DNA from: an archaeon | GTDB taxonomy: Archaea; Nanobdellota; Nanobdellia; Woesearchaeales; UBA9642 | Direction: 5' to 3' | NCBI GenBank assembly: GCA_043806035.1 | Contig: JAZDHK010000036.1 | Coordinates: forward strand, 1 to 52,637 | Length of the DNA: 52,637 nt | Made by a program: the position numbers and the translations under genes | Part shown: piece after piece, positions 18,898 through 27,467 of the stretch | Numbering within the stretch: the first letter of the stretch is position 1 | How the letters are laid out: each line of letters begins with the position of its first letter | The notes under the pieces: generated by a model | Databases searched by the model: none | What the model was told of the DNA's origin: nothing | What the model saw: the letters and a program-made list of their open reading frames with translations, nothing else

Positions 18898-19591
18898 AAT
18901 ACATCCGTCGTCGTTCTTTTCCCTTATTCTCTAAGTCAAGAATCTTGATGGAGCCTATTTCGGACAGGTCTTGCAGGTGCGTGCCTCCGCAGGCCTGCTG
19001 GTCCAAACCATCGATGGTGACAATCCTCAATTGCTGGATGTGGTCGGGGAATGCCTTCCTGAGCCTGAAGATGTCCGGGATCTGCATTGCCTCTTCTCTT
19101 GGCATGACGTCAGAACGTACGGGCACGTGCTGTGCGATGATGGCATTCGCTTTCTCCTCGAACGAACTCATGAAGTTTCTGTCGAATTGCTCGAGTGAAA
19201 AGTCGACCCTGCTCTTGTCGAGGCCGAGCTGGTTGCCAGTTATCTCTGCTCCTGTTTCGTTGTGGATGAGGATGCTCAGGAGGTGGCTTGCCGTGTGCAT
19301 GCGCATGAACTTATATCGTCTCTCCCAGTCGATGCTGCCGTGGACGTAATCACCTGTGTGCAATCCTTCTGCGTCGACTTCATGCACTGCTTTTCCCTCT
19401 CGTTTCTTCACTGCAACGACAGCGAACTTCTTTCCATCGCACTCAAGAGTGCCCGTATCAAACGGCTGACCTCCACCCTCAGGATAGAACAGCGTCCTGT
19501 CAAGAACGATCTTCTTGCCGTCGATGATATTGACAACAGTTGCGTCGAATTCTTTGTCGTACGGGTGTTGGATGTAGAGCAGGTCTTCCAC
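18881..19591 (-). CDS. alaX: Alanyl-tRNA editing protein AlaX-M
   Basis: LDRTLFYPEGGGQPFDTG, MRMHTASHLL and ACGGTH motifs; 236 aa. Confidence 0.95.
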   Translation of the reverse strand: MEDLLYIQHPYDKEFDATVVNIIDGKKIVLDRTLFYPEGGGQPFDTGTLECDGKKFAVVAVKKREGKAVHEVDAEGLHTGDYVHGSIDWERRYKFMRMHTASHLLSILIHNETGAEITGNQLGLDKSRVDFSLEQFDRNFMSSFEEKANAIIAQHVPVRSDVMPREEAMQIPDIFRLRKAFPDHIQQLRIVTIDGLDQQACGGTHLQDLSEIGSIKILDLENKGKERRRMYFTIDP

Positions 19592-19595
19592 GCCA

Positions 19596-19976
19596 TCACT
19601 TCACAAATGCAATCATGCTCTGCAAGGTGGGGAAGAAGTAGAGCCTCGCGAGCAAGGGCGGTTCGTTCTTTTGCAGCTTCTTGGTGAGCGGGATGCCTCT
19701 ATTTTTCTCAAGGCGCGCCGTGATGATTTTGATAATGTTTGCGGGCGTCTTATACACGAGCATGTCCTTGATCTTCGCTTTTGCGATAAACGCATCGATG
19801 TGCGTTCTCTTGTCGGTGATGCGCTTGCTATGCTTTGTCACGAGCTGATCCAGTCCCGAAGAGACGGCATGCACGTACGCATAGTAGCCCTTGGGGAAGA
19901 GGATCTTGTCTTGGCCTATGGTTATTTTTGTGCTTTTCTCGAGCTGCATGAAGACAACGTACGTTCCTTTGTTCAC
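19596..19976 (-). CDS. DUF123 (GIY-YIG-like) protein, degenerate
   Basis: KGTYVV...ITIG...FPKGYYAYV...HID pattern; usual VGSA, catalytic Arg and Cys/His zinc motif not evident. Confidence 0.6.
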   Translation of the reverse strand: MNKGTYVVFMQLEKSTKITIGQDKILFPKGYYAYVHAVSSGLDQLVTKHSKRITDKRTHIDAFIAKAKIKDMLVYKTPANIIKIITARLEKNRGIPLTKKLQKNEPPLLARLYFFPTLQSMIAFVK

Positions 19977-19985
19977 ACTTGCACC

Positions 19986-20633
19986 TTAACGTGGATTCTT
20001 GACTCCTCTTCGCTGACAATACTTTGCGATGCTGCACGTGCTGCACTTTGGCCGAAATGTCGTACAGGTCGACTTGCCGTGGCTGACGAACAGTTCATTG
20101 ATGTCGAGCCAGAGGCGTCTGGGAATTTTCCTTTTCAGATCGTTGTTGATCCGGTCAGGGCTTGTTTCGTTCGTCCAGCCCAGACGTCTGCTGATGATCT
20201 GCACGTGTACATCCACAGGAATTTCTGGGATGTTATGCGCGTACACGAGGACACAGCACGCAGTTTTCCTCCCCACCCCGGGAAGGAGCATCAGTGCTTC
20301 AAGACTTTCGGGTACATGGTTTTTATAGTTTTCGTAAATGATCTTGGCGACGGCTTGTATGTTCTTCGTTTTTTGTCTGTAGAATCCTGATTTTTTGATG
20401 ATGCGCTCGACATCTTCGCGTTTTGCTGATGCCAAAGTTTTTGGTGTCGGGTAGGCATGCATGAGTTCAGGAATGATTTGCGCCGTCGTCTCGTCCCTGC
20501 TTCGCGCGCTGAGCATGGTCGCAATAAGGACAGTGTACGGATCTTTTGCATGCAGGCTGCCGAGCATACTGGTCTTATTCTTCTTACTCAAGATCTGCAG
20601 TATTGTAGACAAATGAGATGGTGTTTTAGGCAT
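19986..20633 (-). CDS. nth: Endonuclease III (HhH-GPD glycosylase with 4Fe-4S cluster)
   Basis: LIATMLSA, LPGVGRKTA, PVDVHV and C-x6-C-x2-C-x5-C motifs. Confidence 0.95.
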   Translation of the reverse strand: MPKTPSHLSTILQILSKKNKTSMLGSLHAKDPYTVLIATMLSARSRDETTAQIIPELMHAYPTPKTLASAKREDVERIIKKSGFYRQKTKNIQAVAKIIYENYKNHVPESLEALMLLPGVGRKTACCVLVYAHNIPEIPVDVHVQIISRRLGWTNETSPDRINNDLKRKIPRRLWLDINELFVSHGKSTCTTFRPKCSTCSIAKYCQRRGVKNPR

Positions 20634-20982
20634 GGTGCCCTCGTTGCAGTTGTGCACTGACGCGTTCCATTACACTGCTGTACTGTCGTACGTTCTTGCC
20701 AGGAATCTTGGCAAAAGTTCCTTTCTGGGTTTCGAGCAGAAGCGTGCTCTTCGGATACGTTCGTGCAAAGTGCCGGAGGAGGAGCTGTTCTATGTTGTGT
20801 CGGACGAGCAGTCTGCACATGAGCACGTTGCCTCTTTTTTTGAACGTTGCCAGCGTCGTGCAGCGTTGCAGCTCTGCAGCAACTTCTCTCTGCCACACGC
20901 GCAACAGACGTTCTGGGCAGGGCTTGTTTTTTGTCGAGAATGTGCGCGCATACTCCTTGTGCAGGAGTGCAAGATCGTCCAT
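20626..20982 (-). CDS. Hypothetical protein, weakly DUF4130-like
   Basis: REV..E.......F....RHNIEQLLLRHFARTYP resembles the DUF4130 H-N/I...HFA-R segment; overlaps the nth start. Confidence 0.4.
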   Translation of the reverse strand: MDDLALLHKEYARTFSTKNKPCPERLLRVWQREVAAELQRCTTLATFKKRGNVLMCRLLVRHNIEQLLLRHFARTYPKSTLLLETQKGTFAKIPGKNVRQYSSVMERVSAQLQRGHHA

Positions 20983-21028
20983 GCGTGTACAGACAGGCAC
21001 GGTATTAAAAAAGTTTTTGGAAGTTAAA

Positions 21029-21160
21029 GCTCCATTCTAAGATTCTCGTGCATCCCCAAGCGAAGCAATCTATCAACACAGCCATTGCGTGAAAGCTCGT
21101 ATGCGGCAGCTGTCTATACTGTCTTGCGGAGTGGGATGCGAAAGAGATTCGGGATGGAGC
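21029..21160 (+). ncRNA. Candidate structured ncRNA (long interrupted hairpin, 132 nt)
   Basis: GCTCCAT/ATGGAGC, GATTCTC/GAGATTC, GCATCCC/GGGATGC and ACAGC/GCTGT nested pairings fill the intergenic gap; TATTAAAA lies just upstream. Confidence 0.35.
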
Positions 21161-21166
21161 CGGAAG

Positions 21167-21889
21167 CTAACAATGAACATCGACAAGGACAGGATAATGG
21201 TCTGAGTAGAGCGGTCGTTTGATGACCCGTGCAGAGACAATCTCATGACTGAGCTGCTTGCTGACAAGCACATAATCCAGCACTCTGTCAGAGAGGTGTC
21301 GTCTGAGATTGGCACCCTTCTGGTCGTATGGATTCTTGCTGCTCAGCGTATGCGTAAGCGGAGAAATCACTTTCCAGGCAGAGAGATGCGGCAGCAGTTG
21401 ATGCTTGTCAAGATTCAAATCACCCATAAGGAATGCATTCTTTTGCCTGATGTAATTGAGATACTTGAATTGTTGCAGGACTCGCTGTGCCTCATCGTCC
21501 GTGTCGCACGAATTGAGGTGTACGGCGTAAATTTTGAGTGGGATGTGTGCCTCGACATGGCAGCACAGCGCTTGTCTGTGCAAGAACGCATCATACCAGT
21601 ATTCACCCTTCCCAATCGATATCGTTGTTGTTCTCGTTATAGGAAAGCGTGAGAAGAACATCATGCCTGACCTGTTGAACAGGCAATCAGGAGCATGTGC
21701 GTAATATGTTGAAAGTGCTCGCCGTATTTTCTTGACATCAGTTCCCAGCCACACTTCCTGCAGACAGATGATGTCTGGCTTGAGACGCCTGATGAGTGCA
21801 AGTGTCCTTTGCAGACGCAATTTTCTGTCAAGTGCTAACGGGAAGGGAAGGAGCCATGTGTTCAGAGTGAGCAGTCGTATGCGTTGCAT
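21167..21889 (-). CDS. Endonuclease/exonuclease/phosphatase (EEP) family, sphingomyelinase-like
   Basis: RLLTLNTW, PDIICLQEVW, VHL, MGDLN, LDYVL and SDHYPV motifs. Confidence 0.92.
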   Translation of the reverse strand: MQRIRLLTLNTWLLPFPLALDRKLRLQRTLALIRRLKPDIICLQEVWLGTDVKKIRRALSTYYAHAPDCLFNRSGMMFFSRFPITRTTTISIGKGEYWYDAFLHRQALCCHVEAHIPLKIYAVHLNSCDTDDEAQRVLQQFKYLNYIRQKNAFLMGDLNLDKHQLLPHLSAWKVISPLTHTLSSKNPYDQKGANLRRHLSDRVLDYVLVSKQLSHEIVSARVIKRPLYSDHYPVLVDVHC

Positions 21890-22062
21890 GGTTCCATTCT
21901 CGCAAATGAGTGTGCTGGGTTTCTGGTAACTCTCTTCCTGCCATGCGAGGCATCGGGGATAGTCCTCATCATCAACCCAACACGTGCAGCGGACTTCCCG
22001 GCACATTATAAACTTTGCTGTTGTAACATACTTTTTTAAACTGGACTTCCTGTGAGAGGAAC

Positions 22063-22638
22063 ATGGAGCATAAGTTGCTGATCAGATACCATAGGAACGA
22101 GCATGGCGCGTATGTCATCGATATCAGGATACGGCATCTCGATGATCTCTTCAACCCCATGGATCCCGATCCCATCCCTGAACGGGATATCAACGATGAT
22201 ATCGTGAAGAAGCTCTACGATGAACTCATCATCTTCCCGAAAAATGTCCAGGTTGACGTTCGTTTTCACTTGCCGAGAGCATGGCGGCGCATCAAGAACC
22301 TGGATGAGAACATCCGCGCCGCGATGATGCGGCATTTCGAATACACGTCATTGTCAAGCAAGCTGCACATGCGCAGACGCTTGAGAAAGGGATTGAGGCA
22401 GTTGACCATCGCGCTCATCCTGTTCATAGGGTTCATCTCCTTGTCCACCTTCATCACATTCATCTACGAAACGAGCGTCACCGCGCATGTCGTCGCTGAA
22501 GGCTTCTTTGTCCTGTCGTGGGTAACGTTGTGGCGTCCTATCGAGACACTGTTCTACGAGTGGCTGCCTTTGTTCGAGGAGCACAAGCGGTATGCACGCA
22601 TCCAGAAGATGAACGTGCATTTCGAATACACCGACTAA
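22063..22638 (+). CDS. Hypothetical membrane protein with two C-terminal TMs
   Basis: LFNPMDPDPIPERDI and AEGFFVLSWVTLWRPIE motifs; GAGG RBS. Confidence 0.75.
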   Translation: MEHKLLIRYHRNEHGAYVIDIRIRHLDDLFNPMDPDPIPERDINDDIVKKLYDELIIFPKNVQVDVRFHLPRAWRRIKNLDENIRAAMMRHFEYTSLSSKLHMRRRLRKGLRQLTIALILFIGFISLSTFITFIYETSVTAHVVAEGFFVLSWVTLWRPIETLFYEWLPLFEEHKRYARIQKMNVHFEYTD

Positions 22639-23003
22639 TTCCTTGACGTTATGCAGAGTGCTTTGTAGCAGTTGCTGAAGAAGGTTTCTGCACGAACTGC
22701 TCCAGGGACTGTGGAGAGTCGTCTCGCTTCAGGATGGACGTACCTGAGATTTTCTTCATGATGAAATTCCAGTTTATCGACAAATTCTGCAAACCTGCCT
22801 TTCGAGGCGGCATAGGCAAGCACGGAAAGCGCGTTGATGTCCTGGCCTGCATACTTGTTGACGAGCTCTTTTGCTTTTTCCCGCGCGGCAGATCCCTCCT
22901 CATCGGGAAGAATGCCCACGATGTACTCTTCAATGAATGATGTCCTCTCCTCTTCATCGACGAGAAAGCATGAATCAATCGCCATGCTGACCACCCCTGC
23001 CAC
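22635..23003 (-). CDS. Hypothetical helical protein
   Basis: 122 aa ORF (ATG start at 22985 possible). Confidence 0.55.
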   Translation of the reverse strand: MAGVVSMAIDSCFLVDEEERTSFIEEYIVGILPDEEGSAAREKAKELVNKYAGQDINALSVLAYAASKGRFAEFVDKLEFHHEENLRYVHPEARRLSTVPGAVRAETFFSNCYKALCITSRN

Positions 23004-23054
23004 TCGAGCAGCAGAACTAGAATAAATACATTCGCTTTTTATCTAGACATACGT

Positions 23055-23570
23055 TCAGTGTAATGGGGTAGCATCAAAAATCTCGCTTGTCGTGATGCTC
23101 AGATCAAACGATGTTGGCTTGAGAAACGGCACGTCGGACTGCATGGGCTTGAACACGTATCTCGCCATTATCTGCATGACTGAATACGTTGCGGGCGGAG
23201 GTAACTCTATCCGTTCCAGCACAAATACTTCATCAGGTCTTCCATATGCCTGTCCGTTCTTAATACTTGAGTCAAATGCGTCGGTGAACAATTCAATCCA
23301 ACGCTGGTCATCTGCAACGAACAGCAGGTCGATGTCGTCGGGTGCCTGGCAGTTTTCCTGCAGAAAAAGGCGTTTTGTGATGCTTCTTCCAAGCACATAC
23401 AACGTGCTTGCATCATACTCCTTAGTGATGGAGAATTGCCTGAGGAGAGCATCATAATTGCCTCTGTCCCGTCTCTTGAGCAAGTTCCTGTTGAGCTTGT
23501 CTGCTTCGATGAGCACGATGTCTTCGGGAAGAAGAGGAAGTATTGATTGTGCGGGTGAGACTGGTTTCAT
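23055..23570 (-). CDS. Hypothetical protein with nucleotidyltransferase-like motif
   Basis: LYVLGRS...PDDIDLLFV...FDL resembles the Pol-beta NTase hG[GS]x9-13DxD motif. Confidence 0.5.
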   Translation of the reverse strand: MKPVSPAQSILPLLPEDIVLIEADKLNRNLLKRRDRGNYDALLRQFSITKEYDASTLYVLGRSITKRLFLQENCQAPDDIDLLFVADDQRWIELFTDAFDSSIKNGQAYGRPDEVFVLERIELPPPATYSVMQIMARYVFKPMQSDVPFLKPTSFDLSITTSEIFDATPLH

Positions 23571-23637
23571 AGCGGAGGTGAAGTGTATAGATCATTTAAA
23601 TCTTTCTGAATGTACCAACTCGTTTTTTGTGAGAAAA

Positions 23638-23689
23638 GGCTTCAGGGGCGCACCGACGGAGTGCGTTGCCCTTGGCCTTTGCCGAAGCC
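23638..23689 (-). terminator. GC-rich branched hairpin followed by a T-run downstream of the antiporter gene
   Basis: Minus strand: GGCTTC...GAAGCC then TTTT, enclosing GGC/GCC and CGCAC/GTGCG stems. Confidence 0.35.
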
Positions 23690-23712
23690 CGTCCTTCGTT
23701 CTACCTTCTTAC

Positions 23713-25575
23713 CTACACCGGTAAAGGTGTAAATGATGCAGTGGGCTTCGGCTCCTCTTTTTTTTGGAGATCTTCAATGATGACTTTTGGCTGGCTCTGA
23801 ACGATGCGGTCATGCACTTCTTTCTTGGACTGTATGTTCTTGACGAAATTGTCTATGTCAAGCATGTAGCTCGTGGCTTCCTGCTTCTCCTTGATGAGCT
23901 CTTTGCGCCGGTTGAGCTTCTCAATTTCCACTAGTTTCTTGCCGAGAAGGCTGTTGATGTCTTTCTCATAGTCCTCGATGAGGACGGATATCTTGTCTTC
24001 GCCGAGGAGTGTGGGGTAGATGACGTAGTCCGTGCCCGCATCATATAATGCTGCCGCATCCTCGATGTTTGCCGCGTACTGGATGGCGACGGCATGCTTG
24101 TTCTGTAGTTTGAGTTGTCTGACGAGGTTGAGGTTCTCGAATTTTTCCTTGCTGGTGCTGATGAGGATGGTGATCTTGCTGAAGTCTATCTTACCGAGCA
24201 GGTCGGGATTGTCCGCGCTGCCGTAGAGGCAGGTAAAACCCTGTTTTTGCAGCTGCTCTCTCGTATAATGGTCGTTCTCGATGATGACTGCTGTCTTGTT
24301 GCTGATCTTGAACTTGTTCATGAGGTTGGGGTCTATGCCTTCATAGCCGACGATGAGTATCTCTGGTGTGAGCGCTTTCTTCTCTGCCTTGAGTTCCATC
24401 TTGTCAGGGAAGAATTTGTCGAAGAACCTGAGGAAGGGCAGGAATTTGTAATAGAGCTCTATGTCATACTTGACGATGTAGCTGGACAGCACCATGGAAA
24501 CGATGGTGAACAGAATCACGATGCCGAAGGTGACGGGACTGATGAGGTTGCTGGCTACTGCTGCGATGTTGAGTATCAATCCGAATTCTGACGCATTGGC
24601 CATGTTCATGCCAGCAAGGAATGAGCTCTTGCTGTCATATCCCAAAACTTTGAAGCTGAAGAACACCACGAACGGCTTGACGAGGTGTAGGATGACAAGG
24701 ATGATGCCCATGTAGATGAGCGCACTCTTTCCATAGTCGAACGTGACATACATGCCTAGCCCTGCAAGAAAGAGGACGTTGAAGAACGTCGCCAATGTCC
24801 TGAATTTCGGGTGCAAGTCCAACTTGTACGGGAAGTTTGCAAGCACCATGCCTGCCATGAATGCACCGATGCTCATGCTGTAGCCGAAATACGTTGCTAT
24901 GAATGCAAGAGCAAAGCAGAGGGCAAGGCTTATAATGAAAAGAAGGTCATTGTCCTTGCTGGCGAAGTTCAATGGTTTGAAGAGGAGCTTCGTGAGGATG
25001 ATGGCGAGCAGCACGAGGACGATTCCTTTGCCGATGGAGATGGCGCTGCCGACGAAAGAGAATTCTCCTGTCGACATCAGCAGGGAAAGCCCGACGATAG
25101 CGAACAGGTCTTGCATGATGCTGCAGCCTATGGCCATTCTTCCGTACATGGCATCTGTTGTCTTTCTCTCGTCGAGCCATTTGGCGAGGAGCATGGTGCT
25201 GTTGAAGAAGATGATGACACCGATGAGGATGCTTTCCCTGAATTGGAAGTGGAACGCCATGCTGATGACGAACGTTATGCTTCCTACGATGGCAAGCTGG
25301 ATGAGACTTGCCAGCAGGACATCCTTCCCTATGTATTTGATGTGCTTGAAGTCCAGTTCCATACCGATGATGAAAAGCATGAACGTCACTGCAAGTTCAT
25401 AGATGCTCATGACGATGCTCGTGTCCCTGAAGACGTTCAGGACTGCCGGGCCGAGCAGGATGCCTCCGAGGATGTAGCCGAGGATGAGCGGTTGCTTGAG
25501 GGCTTTGACGATATAGGTTACCACTGCTACGATGCAGATGATGATGCCTATGTTCAGGAGGAGTGTCGCTTCCAT
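23713..25575 (-). CDS. CPA2 cation:proton antiporter (Kef-type) with TrkA_N/RCK domain
   Basis: QPLILGYILGGILLGP, LFIIGMEL, MQDL, GAFMAG and SEFG motifs; C-terminal ILIVGY...YGSA...AGTDYVI. Confidence 0.92.
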   Translation of the reverse strand: MEATLLLNIGIIICIVAVVTYIVKALKQPLILGYILGGILLGPAVLNVFRDTSIVMSIYELAVTFMLFIIGMELDFKHIKYIGKDVLLASLIQLAIVGSITFVISMAFHFQFRESILIGVIIFFNSTMLLAKWLDERKTTDAMYGRMAIGCSIMQDLFAIVGLSLLMSTGEFSFVGSAISIGKGIVLVLLAIILTKLLFKPLNFASKDNDLLFIISLALCFALAFIATYFGYSMSIGAFMAGMVLANFPYKLDLHPKFRTLATFFNVLFLAGLGMYVTFDYGKSALIYMGIILVILHLVKPFVVFFSFKVLGYDSKSSFLAGMNMANASEFGLILNIAAVASNLISPVTFGIVILFTIVSMVLSSYIVKYDIELYYKFLPFLRFFDKFFPDKMELKAEKKALTPEILIVGYEGIDPNLMNKFKISNKTAVIIENDHYTREQLQKQGFTCLYGSADNPDLLGKIDFSKITILISTSKEKFENLNLVRQLKLQNKHAVAIQYAANIEDAAALYDAGTDYVIYPTLLGEDKISVLIEDYEKDINSLLGKKLVEIEKLNRRKELIKEKQEATSYMLDIDNFVKNIQSKKEVHDRIVQSQPKVIIEDLQKKEEPKPTASFTPLPV

Positions 25576-25665
25576 TGTCGTGCCTGTAGTGCGTGCTCTG
25601 TCTAGCACTTGTCTATGCTGTTAATCACCGCTTTCGTTCATAGAGGTGTCCACCTTTATATAATT

Positions 25666-25712
25666 TACTATTTACACATACAGGTGTATGTAAATAGTAT
25701 ATCAGTATACTA
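25666..25712. promoter_or_regulatory. Overlapping inverted repeats between divergent antiporter and JAMM genes
   Basis: TACTATTTACACATAC-AG-GTGTATGTAAATAGTA (16-bp arms, 2 mismatches) and TAGTATA-TCAG-TATACTA. Confidence 0.5.
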
Positions 25713-25792
25713 AACTGCACCCCAATGAATTGGGAAAACATTACAAAAGAACGAGAAGAACCATTATAAACGAGAACGGCAACAAGCACAAG

Positions 25793-26215
25793 ATGCACCT
25801 ACTGAAAAAGGTCAAACAGCTGTTCCTCCCCAGGCCAATACAGCAGCTCATCTTACAAGAGGCAGTACTCGACAAGATCTGCGACTTGAGTAAGGACTCT
25901 TATCCGAAAGAATTCCTTGCATTCCTGGAAGGCAAAACCGAGAAAGGAAAATTAGTTATCACCGACATCGTCTATCAGATGTACCTCGCGAACGAATATG
26001 CAGCCCTACCCAGAATGGACCTGCCCATCATCAACAATGTTTTGGGAACGGTGCACAGCCACCCGTCGGGCTCGGCAAAACCAAGTGGTGCGGACAAACA
26101 ATTTTTTAAGCATCAGGGGATAGTGCATTTCATCATCGCAAACCCCTTCACGAAAGAGAACCTGCATTGCTATGACAAGGAAGGGAACGAGCTTATTTTT
26201 CAAGTAATACAATGA
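25793..26215 (+). CDS. JAB/MPN+ (JAMM) metalloprotease
   Basis: YPKEF...GTVHSHPSG...PSGAD intact JAMM motif. Confidence 0.9.
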   Translation: MHLLKKVKQLFLPRPIQQLILQEAVLDKICDLSKDSYPKEFLAFLEGKTEKGKLVITDIVYQMYLANEYAALPRMDLPIINNVLGTVHSHPSGSAKPSGADKQFFKHQGIVHFIIANPFTKENLHCYDKEGNELIFQVIQ

Positions 26216-26543
26216 GCTGCATGATCTCGCCGAAGTGCTGCTGCACGAGCGAAGGATTCCTGAAGAGCACTGCATAATCGGCAAGTTTCTCACAGACCTG
26301 CTCGAGATCATTCTTTGTCGGGCAGTCGAAGTTACCATGCACGTCCAAGAATTTTTGCTGCACGAGCATCTTGACATCGAGTCGTTTCATCCTCTCGAAT
26401 TCTTCTTTCGAGGAGAAGTTTTGCACGTCTTTGAGCTGTTCAAGGACGTCTGCGTGCGCCTGTGTAAAACAGGTGATAATGGCATCGCGCACCATCACTG
26501 GCGTGACCCTTTTTTCTGTATCAATGCCATATACTATTGCCAT
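26193..26543 (-). CDS. Hypothetical helical protein
   Basis: GGAGA RBS before ATG 26543; VRDAIITCFTQAH and FDCPTK motifs; the longer ORF-track call overlaps the divergent gene. Confidence 0.65.
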   Translation of the reverse strand: MAIVYGIDTEKRVTPVMVRDAIITCFTQAHADVLEQLKDVQNFSSKEEFERMKRLDVKMLVQQKFLDVHGNFDCPTKNDLEQVCEKLADYAVLFRNPSLVQQHFGEIMQLIVLLEK

Positions 26544-26588
26544 GCGTTTCTCTCCTAGTTTTTTCTTTATAAATATTCTGATAACTAT

Positions 26589-27002
26589 TTGAAGGAGTGC
26601 ATCTTTCCGACATGCGTGCTGCAAGAGATCATAACGTTGGTGGGTTGCGCAAGTTTGGCAGCCATTCCTCTCAAAGAGAGGTATGCTCGTTTCAGGAAAG
26701 ACTACGCAGCGTACAAAGAAAGAGCTACCTACAGACCGAGAACGTACGCCCATGCAAAGCTTACGGATGACCGATCCTCTCTTGTCGGCTTGCTCCACGA
26801 AACACCGACGGGGTACGTGCTTCGTCAGGACAGGCAGGACTTGCCATTACTCCTTCCCAAGCTCGACGATCTCATTGAGAGACCTGCACCTATTGCAGAA
26901 GTGGGCGGCATGTGGAGCTTTACCCAGCAAAAATTCGTCGTCGACTGGATCTGCTATGAAGAGAAAGGAAAGGTCTATGAATTGCAAGTAAAAGAAGTTT
27001 AG
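26589..27002 (+). CDS. Hypothetical protein (possible OB-like beta fold)
   Basis: 137 aa ORF filling the gap; start uncertain. Confidence 0.4.
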   Translation: MKECIFPTCVLQEIITLVGCASLAAIPLKERYARFRKDYAAYKERATYRPRTYAHAKLTDDRSSLVGLLHETPTGYVLRQDRQDLPLLLPKLDDLIERPAPIAEVGGMWSFTQQKFVVDWICYEEKGKVYELQVKEV

Positions 27003-27008
27003 AAAAAA

Positions 27009-27173
27009 TTATCTCGTCTGCCAATTGTAGCTTCTCAATTTTGCGCTTCTGCCGTAGCCGCAGCTCGAGCAGCACTTGTCGTGCAGGTGGTAGCTGTGCT
27101 TGCCACAGCGCCTGCAGATGATGTGGCTTTTCTTGTCAGAATGCTTTCCTTGACTGGGCGTTCCTTTTGCCAT
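27009..27173 (-). CDS. rpl37e: 50S ribosomal protein L37e (absent from the ORF track)
   Basis: Manual translation [54 protein letters not shown]; directly downstream of lsm. Confidence 0.96.
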   Translation of the reverse strand: MAKGTPSQGKHSDKKSHIICRRCGKHSYHLHDKCCSSCGYGRSAKLRSYNWQTR

Positions 27174-27185
27174 GCTTTAGCTCCT

Positions 27186-27410
27186 TTATTCTGGGTTAAT
27201 GACCGTTATCGTGTCCCCTCGGATGAAGACATTGCCCATCTTCTTCTTGAGCTCGCCGCCCTCCCATTCCTCTGCATTGTCCAAGACGACGTTGATGTGG
27301 ATGTCGAAGGCAGTGAGATTGCCGATGTATATTTTGCTGTTTTTGAGATATACGATGACGCGCTTGTTGCGTGCCGTGTTCAGTGCATCCAGAGGTCGGG
27401 AAAAATCCAT
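27186..27410 (-). CDS. lsm: Sm-like (Lsm/SmAP1) RNA-binding protein
   Basis: RPLDAL, GNLTAFDIHINVVL and FIRGD motifs; canonical lsm-rpl37e order. Confidence 0.95.
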   Translation of the reverse strand: MDFSRPLDALNTARNKRVIVYLKNSKIYIGNLTAFDIHINVVLDNAEEWEGGELKKKMGNVFIRGDTITVINPE

Positions 27411-27467
27411 GCATATTCACCTTCTATGAAACAATACGACGTGAGAGCAGTAGTTTGTTTATAAAGT

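Noticed and set aside
21015-21170. 5S rRNA or SRP RNA (GGAAGTTAA and CCGGAAG fragments)
   Set aside because: The motifs fall outside or at the ends of the stem and in the wrong order; the fold is a rod, not the 5S three-way junction; no SRP helix-8 consensus
21890-22006. Cys-rich N-terminal extension on the EEP enzyme
   Set aside because: The ATG at 22006 abuts the TATA box and so is probably upstream of the TSS; the EEP fold starts at 21889
24811-25605. Long antisense ORFs (also 5469..6173, 29741..30541, 38953..39591, 16320..17042 and others)
   Set aside because: Shadows of well-supported genes on the opposite strand with no motifs of their own
23055-26215. NTase-like gene plus JAB protease as a CBASS-like system
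   Set aside because: They are separated by the antiporter and lie on opposite strands; no E1-E2 or effector gene; the NTase is too small for a CD-NTase; the JAB looks like the ordinary archaeal JAMM
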